A stretch of 64,000 nucleotides of DNA from Candidatus Saganbacteria bacterium (GTDB taxonomy: Bacteria > Margulisbacteria > WOR-1 > XYC2-FULL-46-14 > XYC2-FULL-37-10). Location of the stretch: positions 21,417 to 85,416 of the forward strand of contig JACRPL010000006.1 of assembly GCA_016223245.1 (NCBI GenBank), written 5' to 3'. The position numbers and the translations under genes are program-made. The notes below the pieces were generated by a model. That model made no database searches. It was not told where the DNA came from and saw only the letters and a program-made list of their open reading frames with translations. Below, piece after piece: positions 56,516-64,000 of this stretch; the first letter of the stretch is position 1; the number at the start of each line of letters is the position of its first letter.

Positions 56516-57295
56516 TTAACCCCACACTTTCCAGGGAGCTTTGCCCGAATCCCATAAACTTTCGAGTATTTTCTTTTCCCTCAATGTGTCCATCGGCTGC
56601 CAGAAACCCGTATGTTTATAAGACATAAGCTGTCCATCTTTTGTGATATTCCGAACAGTATCCTCCTCAAAAGGTATGATCTCGTCCTTTATATAATCCA
56701 GGACTTTGGGTTCCAGGACAAAAAATCCGCCATTGATCCACGAAGTATTGCCTTCCGCTTTCTCCTGGAATTTGTAAACCCGATTATCGTCTTTTATGTT
56801 CAATGCTCCAAACCGCCCAATAGGCCTTACGGCGGTCACGGTTGCAAGCTTGCCGTGGGTTTTATGGAAATTTACCAATGCTTTGATATCAATATCCCCA
56901 ACGCCATCTCCATAGGTAAGCATAAAAGCCTTATTGTCCAAATATTTTCCGGCCCTTTTTATCCTTCCCGCGGTCGAAGTCTCGATCCCGGTATCAACAA
57001 GCGTCACTCGCCATGGTTCTGCCGTATTAGTTTGGATAATTGTTTTTTGGGAGCCTGAACTGAAATCGAAAGTAACGTCGGATTCATGCAAAAAGTAATT
57101 GGCAAAATATTCTTTTATCTGATAGCCCTTGTAACCCAAACATACGACGAAATCGTTGAACCCAAAATGGGAATAAAGCTTCATGATATGCCAAAGGATA
57201 GGCTTGTCGCCTATTTCAAGCATTGGTTTTGGCTTCAATGACGATTCTTCGCCAATTCTTGTCCCTAAACCTCCCGCAAGGATCATTACCTTCAT
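56516..57295 (-). CDS. rfbF: Glucose-1-phosphate cytidylyltransferase.
   Basis: MKVMILAGGLGTRIGEESSLKPKPMLEIGDKPILWHIM... is near-canonical RfbF. 259 aa. Confidence 0.9.
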   Translation of the reverse strand: MKVMILAGGLGTRIGEESSLKPKPMLEIGDKPILWHIMKLYSHFGFNDFVVCLGYKGYQIKEYFANYFLHESDVTFDFSSGSQKTIIQTNTAEPWRVTLVDTGIETSTAGRIKRAGKYLDNKAFMLTYGDGVGDIDIKALVNFHKTHGKLATVTAVRPIGRFGALNIKDDNRVYKFQEKAEGNTSWINGGFFVLEPKVLDYIKDEIIPFEEDTVRNITKDGQLMSYKHTGFWQPMDTLREKKILESLWDSGKAPWKVWG

Positions 57296-57319
57296 ATTGT
57301 TTCCTCCATTATAGATATT

Positions 57320-58816
57320 TTATCCGATTTTTTCATACAAAGATACTGTTATCCTATATGAGCCCTTCTTGTGCCTATTTATCGGCAATTTTGAAACTAA
57401 AGTGCTTTCGTAGGGGACGAATTTCCGGATCATTTTCAGCCGATAATTATTACCTAGGCTAAGTTTTATGCTTTCAATATATCCTTTCGGGAAAACCCGC
57501 TCATCGACAATATTTGTTATGAGCCAGATCCTTTTGGCTATCAATTCGGAAGGCTTTAGGAGCGCATGTCCATTTACAAGCGAAACCATTTCGTAATCAC
57601 CCGGAAGATAATACTTTAAGATATTATATGTAATATGCCTATTTGTTGCGGCAATTAGATCGCCTTTTAAATGTTCTTTTTCTATTATTTGAGAGACTTC
57701 CCTCCATGGCTCGATCTGGTTTGAATTATGGTATTCATTAAATGTGAAATAATTGGCGATCGAAATACTTTGAAATAAAAGGATCAGCCCAAATAAAATA
57801 TAGAAAATGACCGGATTTTTTATACGCGACAGGGAAATCCCAAGCAAGGCAATATAAAATGGCAATGTAAAGATGAGGTATTTTGGCATTGTCGACGGTA
57901 AAATAGATGCTATAACTATAGGCATTACAAGAAATATCATCATGTACACGTTTTTTTCATCTTTCGATCCAATGAATTGAAATATCAACAAGGATCCAAT
58001 AATTATTAACGATGGAATTACAATAATGTTCCAAGGTGCGACCGTCTCACCCAAGGCAAGCACAAAGAAGATCAATGGCAATTTTAATGTTGGGGGGAAC
58101 GTGGAAAACGCCATATCCGGGGTCCCGGAAATAACGGCCATGGCCGCATGAATGATGATCTTAAAATAAAGAGGGAAAATTAGAATTGAAACAATAAGCA
58201 AAAAGCCAAGCGCTAAACGAGAGTTGGCATCTTTTTTTCTTAGGTAAATGATCGCGCAAAGTACAAATTGGCTAAATATCATCAATGCCGAATAAATTTG
58301 GGTCAAACCTAACAGCAAAGTGCATAAAATGAAAACAATTGAGGCTTTAATTGTCACTTGCTTGTACAACAACCTAAAGAGCGACCAGGCCGATAAAATA
58401 GATAACAATAGCATTAGCCCATACAACCTAATTTCGTGAGAATGCATAATGGCCAATGGTGAAAAAGCTAAAAGGCCGGCACAAACTAAGGCGGCCCTAT
58501 CGCTTATTGTATCTTTTACGAAAAGGTACATAGCTATCATAGAAAATATGCCAATGATAACTGAAAGCATGCGCAACCCGTATTCAGTAGGTCCGAAAAC
58601 TTTTATCCATAAAAACAATATCGCAAAATATGCCGGAAGATGGGATTCGATTGCCAATGCCTTGATATCAAAATGGCCGGATACGGAATAAATACTATGC
58701 GCTTCATCACCCCAAAGGCTTCGGAATATCGGGTCATAGATCCTGATAAAAGAGCCCAATAACAGGATAAATAAGAAGATCATGAATATTCTGTTTGCTT
58801 TAATCGCCGAAAACAT
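57320..58816 (-). CDS. GT-C fold membrane glycosyltransferase (GT39/ArnT/PMT-like).
   Basis: Polytopic, with a DE motif in the first periplasmic loop (SLWGDEAHS). 498 aa. Confidence 0.6.
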   Translation of the reverse strand: MFSAIKANRIFMIFLFILLLGSFIRIYDPIFRSLWGDEAHSIYSVSGHFDIKALAIESHLPAYFAILFLWIKVFGPTEYGLRMLSVIIGIFSMIAMYLFVKDTISDRAALVCAGLLAFSPLAIMHSHEIRLYGLMLLLSILSAWSLFRLLYKQVTIKASIVFILCTLLLGLTQIYSALMIFSQFVLCAIIYLRKKDANSRLALGFLLIVSILIFPLYFKIIIHAAMAVISGTPDMAFSTFPPTLKLPLIFFVLALGETVAPWNIIVIPSLIIIGSLLIFQFIGSKDEKNVYMMIFLVMPIVIASILPSTMPKYLIFTLPFYIALLGISLSRIKNPVIFYILFGLILLFQSISIANYFTFNEYHNSNQIEPWREVSQIIEKEHLKGDLIAATNRHITYNILKYYLPGDYEMVSLVNGHALLKPSELIAKRIWLITNIVDERVFPKGYIESIKLSLGNNYRLKMIRKFVPYESTLVSKLPINRHKKGSYRITVSLYEKIG

Positions 58817-60071
58817 TATATTTTAACTCCTTCAATGTTTTAATGCCTTCTTCCAAGACCTTCCGGTCGCCATAGATTTGCTCGGATGACTTGATCGACA
58901 TCCTATCGCCTTTCAACCTAAGCTCTTTTTCGATCGGCGCGAATTTCTTTATTTTATAGATCCCCAGTGCTATCCCGCTTGCCCAATTTGAAATAATGAC
59001 CAAAGTGAATATTAATATTGCTGGCTTTAGATAATGGTCGATTTTTTTTGTTCTAATTAAATATAAGAGAAAAAGCCAAATAAAGCCCAAGAAATAGAAC
59101 ATTTGGAACATATGGTATCTCGATAATAACGCGAACTTGATCCCAAAATTAACCCTCCCAATAGATGTAATGAAAGCCGTCAAAATAGAATAGAACATCA
59201 TTGAATACGGTATGATCGTTTCTTTATGGCCATATTTATACGTTTTGAACACTAATACAGCACCGATAACAAAGAAAATAAAGCCCCAAATTCCAGCGAT
59301 CAGAAGCAATATCGGCAATAAATGACCTACTTTGTAAGTAGGAATAAAATTAGCCCCGAAATAAACGAAAAAGTATTCGATGATTTTAATAGTATTTGTG
59401 AGCGGTAAGGCCGTATTGTTTTTGGTCAGGACATTCTCGGAAAAATAGAGCATATATGTTAATATGCACGCTGAAAAGAACATAAGCATGTTTTGAATGT
59501 TTTTCTTTGGAGAAAATATTATGCCGGGAAGACATGCGATCCAGCCCAAAAGGCCGGTCAAAAAAGAGAAGGAAGCTATGACCAATGAAATTATCATGAT
59601 CAAGAGCGACCTCAAATTTGATCCTGTATTGTACGAATTGATAATAGCTAAAAAAACAAAAACGAGGCATAGGAGGTATGCCGAAAAACTGAATAATATA
59701 TTTTCATGATGTATCGGGGAGTATTGGGCCAATAACGCAAAAAAGAAAAGTATTCTCGCACTTTTATTGCTAATATTCTTTGAAAATGAATTATATATAA
59801 GAAGCATTAACATTGAAAACAATAGAAGAGATGCAAAAGTCTCGTATTTTAAATTCCACTGGCTTATATGGGCCAAAAAGACGGTTATCAAATTTGGGAA
59901 AAATACCCGGTGCTCACTTACCCTTGCCCAAAGATTTTGAATATTTGGTTGTTTTATTATATGGATAAAAGACCATTGGTCGGCGATCGGAATATTAGGC
60001 GTGAAAGTCAGGACATAGATCGATAATAATATAAAAACAATAAAAAATATAGTTTTTTGTATAGAGCTCAT
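58800..60071 (-). CDS. Polytopic membrane protein, possibly a second GT-C-type transferase or a polymerase.
   Basis: 423 aa with 10 or more hydrophobic segments. No soluble domain. Confidence 0.5.
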   Translation of the reverse strand: MSSIQKTIFFIVFILLSIYVLTFTPNIPIADQWSFIHIIKQPNIQNLWARVSEHRVFFPNLITVFLAHISQWNLKYETFASLLLFSMLMLLIYNSFSKNISNKSARILFFFALLAQYSPIHHENILFSFSAYLLCLVFVFLAIINSYNTGSNLRSLLIMIISLVIASFSFLTGLLGWIACLPGIIFSPKKNIQNMLMFFSACILTYMLYFSENVLTKNNTALPLTNTIKIIEYFFVYFGANFIPTYKVGHLLPILLLIAGIWGFIFFVIGAVLVFKTYKYGHKETIIPYSMMFYSILTAFITSIGRVNFGIKFALLSRYHMFQMFYFLGFIWLFLLYLIRTKKIDHYLKPAILIFTLVIISNWASGIALGIYKIKKFAPIEKELRLKGDRMSIKSSEQIYGDRKVLEEGIKTLKELKYNVFGD

Positions 60072-60940
60072 TTCATTGAACCCTTCCCAAGCTTACCGGA
60101 TGCAAAATCATATATTGCAAGCATTGTAGTTCTAATACTGCCGAATTGCCTATTTTTTAAAGACTCTATCAGCGAATAGATCGGGAAAATTACCAGATTT
60201 AGCACCAACGGTATTAATTGACCTGTCTTTTTGAAGAACAAAAGATTATTTCTCGTGCGAAAATAAGTGTAAAAGGGAGACAATTTCCCCCCCATTGATG
60301 CCGCAAATTTGTGATAGATCACCGCTTTCGGCACAATCAACAATTGATACCCCGCCCTTCTTGCCCGAATGCTAATATCCACATCCTCATAATTATTGAA
60401 ATAATCGGCATCGAGCATGCCTATTTTCCCCAATACTTCTCTTTTGATAAGCATTGAACAACCGGAGATCCATTCTGTTTCGCCGGATCCCGAAAGGTCG
60501 TGCGCCGGTTTTCTTATGATAGGTAAAAACTTTCCGCCAGAAAACCAAACCTTTGTTTTATCGGAATATTGCATTATCCTCGGGGATAATATGCCGGCGG
60601 AACGATTTTCTTGTCCTGCCGAAATAAGATGCGACAGAAAATTAGGTTCAACAGTTGTGTCATTGTTTAACAGAAGAACATAGTCGGCGCCATGGGATAA
60701 CGCAAGCCTTATCCCAACGTTGCTCCCTTCGGCGAAACCAAGATTTTTGCCGTTTTCAATCAAAGTTATTCCCGGAAATTCATTTTTAATATGAATTTGC
60801 GAGCTATCTTTGGATCCGTTATCGGCTAAAATGATCTCAAAGTTGCCATAATCTGTGTTCATTAGCGAAGCGAGACATTCCTTTGTATCAAAATATTGGT
60901 TCCAATTGAGTATAACTATCGAAACTTTAGGTTTATTCAT
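60068..60940 (-). CDS. GT2 glycosyltransferase.
   Basis: KVSIVILNWNQYFDTKECLASL...ILADNGSKD and a DxD motif. The start was set at the internal MNKPKVS to avoid overlap. Confidence 0.8.
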   Translation of the reverse strand: MNKPKVSIVILNWNQYFDTKECLASLMNTDYGNFEIILADNGSKDSSQIHIKNEFPGITLIENGKNLGFAEGSNVGIRLALSHGADYVLLLNNDTTVEPNFLSHLISAGQENRSAGILSPRIMQYSDKTKVWFSGGKFLPIIRKPAHDLSGSGETEWISGCSMLIKREVLGKIGMLDADYFNNYEDVDISIRARRAGYQLLIVPKAVIYHKFAASMGGKLSPFYTYFRTRNNLLFFKKTGQLIPLVLNLVIFPIYSLIESLKNRQFGSIRTTMLAIYDFASGKLGKGSMK

Positions 60941-61857
60941 TTTTTTTCTTTCCCAAGTAATTTGCGGATCCCCTCCACTAATCCAATTTTTGGCTTCCAT
61001 CCAGGCAGCCTCTTTCCTTTATTCCAAGGGATCATTACCTCTCTATCCCGGTATGTTCGCCCACCCCACATGACATTGGCATTTCGACCGGACAATTTGG
61101 AATAAATATCAACAATTCTTCTAAGCTCAAGGGGTTTGCCCGACGAAACAGAAAAGTTCTCAATTCTCTTGCCCTTTGATCTAGCAATCCTTGAAGCCGC
61201 CTTAAGATAAGCGTCGATCACATCGTCTATATATACAAGGTCGATCAATTGGCGGCCAGGGGACATTGTGATCGACCGTCCGGATATTGAAGAATCATGG
61301 AGAAGTTTAAATAATTTTGCCCGCTTATCTTCCGGCCCATAAGTGTCGAAAAGCTTTAAAGTAATGACTTTGAGCTCTGTTGAGCTTGCATAATACTCAA
61401 TAATATCTTCAAACGCCTGTTTGGTCGCGGCATAAAGATTGACGGGGCTGTAGTGTTTGTTTTGAAAGTGCTGCCATGAGGTACCCGTATTTACCAAGTA
61501 ATTGCATTGGTTGACTCTCATGGCCTCGAGCAACTGTGTCCCAAATAGAACATTTGATCCGATCAATGGATTAATATCTGTTGATGAATGTTCTGATATG
61601 AACAGGGAAGCGAGATGAAAAACGATATCAGGCTTTGCCCGCCTTAATATCGAGAGTAATCCTTCTGTCGAACCGTCATGTTCAAAGATCTTGACGATCG
61701 GATATTTCTTGGCCAGCAATAACTTATCTGCTCCGGGCCTTACAACCACGCTTATCGTTATCTTTTTTTGCAGCAAGCGTTCCAACAAATGAGAACCGAT
61801 AAACCCTGCAGCTCCGGTAATGAGTATATTATTAAATTTGGAATTAGATCTTTTCAT
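60937..61857 (-). CDS. NAD-dependent epimerase or 4-ketoreductase (extended SDR).
   Basis: ILITGAAGFIGSHLLERL and a YAATKQAFE catalytic motif. The start was set at the internal MKRSNSKF. Confidence 0.75.
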   Translation of the reverse strand: MKRSNSKFNNILITGAAGFIGSHLLERLLQKKITISVVVRPGADKLLLAKKYPIVKIFEHDGSTEGLLSILRRAKPDIVFHLASLFISEHSSTDINPLIGSNVLFGTQLLEAMRVNQCNYLVNTGTSWQHFQNKHYSPVNLYAATKQAFEDIIEYYASSTELKVITLKLFDTYGPEDKRAKLFKLLHDSSISGRSITMSPGRQLIDLVYIDDVIDAYLKAASRIARSKGKRIENFSVSSGKPLELRRIVDIYSKLSGRNANVMWGGRTYRDREVMIPWNKGKRLPGWKPKIGLVEGIRKLLGKEKK

Positions 61858-62422
61858 ATATAAATGGGCTCTTATAATCCTTGAGGTTTTGCAGCTTAGC
61901 ATCGCGCTCGGACACGATCGGTTTATTGTTTGGCCAGGGGACCCCCGCGCTGGACCAATGTATACCCCCATCATTTGCGGGTGAATGCTTAAAACTTGTC
62001 TTATAGAGCAGGATTGCCTCGCTGCTTAAAACATAAAACCCATGGGCCACTCCAGCGGGGAGGTAGAGCAAATGGCTTACTTTTGCGCTAAGTTCAAAAG
62101 TTTCATGCTGGCCGAATGTTTCCGATCCGATCCTTAGGTCAACGATCGCATCAAATACCTCGCCGAACAAACAACAAACGATCTTGGAATAAGCCGCCGG
62201 CGGTGTCTGGAAATGCATTCCCCTTAAAACGCCTTTGCTTGATTTTGAATAAAAATCCTCCGCAAAACATGTTGGCAGCTTATGCGTTAGAAACTGTTCT
62301 TCCTCGAAGAACTTGACCAAACTTCCGCGCGCGTCGAGATGTATTATTGGTTCAATTTCATAACATCCCGCAATTTTAGTTTTTTTTATTTTCATTGGTT
62401 TCTCCTCCATATGTATCGCCAA
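61844..62422 (-). CDS. RmlC-like cupin sugar-nucleotide 3,5(5)-epimerase.
   Basis: dTDP-4-dehydrorhamnose-3,5-epimerase fold motifs (...KGVLRGMHFQ...YSKIV.C..G...D...D.R..S.TFG...). 192 aa. Confidence 0.75.
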   Translation of the reverse strand: MAIHMEEKPMKIKKTKIAGCYEIEPIIHLDARGSLVKFFEEEQFLTHKLPTCFAEDFYSKSSKGVLRGMHFQTPPAAYSKIVCCLFGEVFDAIVDLRIGSETFGQHETFELSAKVSHLLYLPAGVAHGFYVLSSEAILLYKTSFKHSPANDGGIHWSSAGVPWPNNKPIVSERDAKLQNLKDYKSPFIYEKI

Positions 62423-63744
62423 TGCGCAATTGTTTCGCGGAATTTATTTGCGATCTTTTTTAAGAGCCTTTTCTTTTTAATGGACCTTATCCTGGAATCA
62501 AGATACAAATAATCCACTCCTTTGATCTTTTGAGATCTGGGAGAACGGTCAACTTCATGATCTTTGATCAAGCTTAGCCCGTGTTCCTTGCAATATAAAA
62601 AAAGCTCGCTTCCGGGATGCGGGGTAAAATAGGACGGCGAATCGTAGTCGGGATCGATCTTTTCGATAATTGAGATCGTTTGTTCCACCTCTTCTTTTGT
62701 CTCGGTCGGCAGGCCGAACATATAATTGGCAAATATTTCAACGCCATTTTTCCTGCAAATTTCGGCCGCGCGCAAATTTTGTTCGACCGTTGTCCCTTTT
62801 TTGATAAAATCCAAGATCCTCTGGCTGCCGCTCTCAAAACCGATTATAAGGCATGCCAGTCCCGATTTTTTCATCTCATAGATCAGCTCTTCGTTGTTGC
62901 TTATTATATCTGCGCGGCTCTGGCAAACAAATTTCTTTTTGATGCCCAATCTATTATACTCCTCACAAAACCTCATGACCCATTTTTTGTCATAGGTAAA
63001 TAGGTCGTCGTGGACCATAAAGCTGTTGAATTTATACCGGCTATACAGATGATCCAATTCGTCAATGACATTTTCAACGCTTCTCATCCTGACCCTGTCG
63101 CCAAATACACGCCGTTCGGCCGGCTGGCAAAAAGTGCAATTAAACGGGCATCCCCGCCCGACATTGAGCGTAACGAAAGGTGCTTTTAAAGACTTGATGA
63201 ACGGGTGGAACAGTTCGGCGCTTACATCAAACAGGTCCCTATCGATCCACGACAGCGTGTCAAGCGAGGTTGCCTCGCCCTGATAGACCCTGTCAGGCAT
63301 TCCGCCGCTTTTAATTATATCCAATATTCTAGAAAATATTACTTCCCCTTCACCAACAACGATTATATCGATATCATTGTTGCTTTTCATCTGTTCAAGC
63401 ATTATCGTCGGGTGGACCCCTCCAACAACAGTTATTGCCTTTGGATTGGTCTGCTTTGTTATTTTTATCGCTTCGAGCGCCGGTAAAAGATCGATGCTCA
63501 TGATCGAGAAACCGACGACTTCAGAGCCTTGTTCCTTCAATATTTCGGAATAATGTTCCCAATCTCTCAATTTACGAAGATCAATGCCTTTAACATCGTA
63601 ACCTTTTTGTTTTGCATAACTGCTGATGGAACAAAGACCGTGATTTATATAATTAACAACGGGATCGCTTCCACGGCCATAGCTATTAAATCCCCGCATT
63701 CCGATGCCCGGATAAACAAGTGTGGCTTTTAATGAGCTATTCAT
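62392..63744 (-). CDS. B12-binding radical SAM protein (class B rSAM, candidate C-methyltransferase or rearrangement enzyme).
   Basis: N-terminal cobalamin-binding Rossmann domain (...VVGFSIMS...ITVVGGVHPT) followed by the CxxxCxxC motif GRGCPFNCTFC. Confidence 0.85.
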   Translation of the reverse strand: MNSSLKATLVYPGIGMRGFNSYGRGSDPVVNYINHGLCSISSYAKQKGYDVKGIDLRKLRDWEHYSEILKEQGSEVVGFSIMSIDLLPALEAIKITKQTNPKAITVVGGVHPTIMLEQMKSNNDIDIIVVGEGEVIFSRILDIIKSGGMPDRVYQGEATSLDTLSWIDRDLFDVSAELFHPFIKSLKAPFVTLNVGRGCPFNCTFCQPAERRVFGDRVRMRSVENVIDELDHLYSRYKFNSFMVHDDLFTYDKKWVMRFCEEYNRLGIKKKFVCQSRADIISNNEELIYEMKKSGLACLIIGFESGSQRILDFIKKGTTVEQNLRAAEICRKNGVEIFANYMFGLPTETKEEVEQTISIIEKIDPDYDSPSYFTPHPGSELFLYCKEHGLSLIKDHEVDRSPRSQKIKGVDYLYLDSRIRSIKKKRLLKKIANKFRETIAHWRYIWRRNQ

Positions 63745-64000
63745 AATCTATCTCAATTTCCCTATTTAATAGTTCATTCCTGAAATTCCTGAATTTTTCA
63801 AAATAAAAGGTTTTTCTTTTCCGGCTCAAGCCGAAACAAAAGAAAATAAATAAATAGAATATAAGCGCCAAAAAAGCTTTTAGCGCGATCATAAACGGAT
63901 CACTGCCGATCCCGGCGTATTCCATGATGAAAATGGCGCCGGCGGTAATAGCAGAGAGACAAGCCGGCAAGATAATTGTCGAAACAATATATGCGCTAAA
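63737..64000 (-). CDS. Partial membrane protein; the gene continues beyond the window.
   Basis: A hydrophobic ORF, probably in frame through the window end. Confidence 0.35.
   Translation of the reverse strand, partial: FSAYIVSTIILPACLSAITAGAIFIMEYAGIGSDPFMIALKAFLALIFYLFIFFCFGLSRKRKTFYFEKFRNFRNELLNREIEIDYE

Noticed and set aside
1-64000. CRISPR arrays, tRNA or rRNA genes, integrase or transposase genes, and prophage blocks.
   Set aside because: No direct-repeat/spacer periodicity, no cloverleaf-compatible conserved tRNA motifs, and no recombinase-like ORFs were seen. The only repeats are the short palindromic and heptamer families reported above.

Overview
This is an AT-rich chromosomal segment (GC roughly 40% by eye) from a diderm bacterium with standard-code long ORFs on both strands. 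Diderm evidence is an LptD/OstA-like outer-membrane protein, an FtsEX pair, a class A PBP and a PpiD/SurA-type parvulin. No rRNA, tRNA or CRISPR array was seen. There are three parts. (i) 1 to about 3 kb is an accessory island of unknown function: a four-gene minus-strand cluster, two of whose proteins share a GC-rich 'MAEI.P...VPSG.L' N-terminus, plus a 67-aa membrane protein and a larger protein with a hydrophobic helical hairpin. (ii) 3 to 36 kb is housekeeping: PBP1A, phosphomannomutase, PpiD-like PPIase, ftsX, ftsE, glyA, IMPDH-family/guaA, mltG, ruvX, alaS, tmk, lptD-like, dnaB, mutS, pheT, pheS and a TrmH-family methyltransferase. Small accessory insertions interrupt it: a DUF2283/DUF4258-like toxin-antitoxin pair upstream of glyA, a lipoprotein/outer-membrane-barrel surface cluster, an orphan YgiT-type zinc-ribbon gene, a decayed htrA remnant and a 1057-aa HExxH protein. 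(iii) 36 to 64 kb is a secreted BNR-repeat protein with a T9SS-type C-terminal domain, followed by one very long co-directional minus-strand glycan operon of about 24 tightly packed or overlapping genes. That operon combines the GDP-mannose route (gmd, RmlD-like reductase), a CDP-3,6-dideoxyhexose route (rfbF-rfbG-rfbH, an RmlC-like 5-epimerase, SDR reductases) and a YerE-like ThDP enzyme, which implies a C-branched dideoxysugar. It also carries an unusual set (DHQS-like cyclase homolog, HpcH/HpaI aldolase, SDR, MBL hydrolase), a B12-binding radical SAM enzyme, a GtrA/GtrB/GT-C trio, Wzy-like ligase-TPR fusion, WbaP-like initiating transferase, and GT1 and GT2 transferases. A small GC-rich palindromic repeat family, core TGCCTGCCGGCAGGCA, is inserted in-frame in mutS and the lptD-like gene and once intergenically. 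An AATGACC heptamer tandem repeat forms a near-identical W-rich signal-peptide cassette shared by two unrelated envelope genes.
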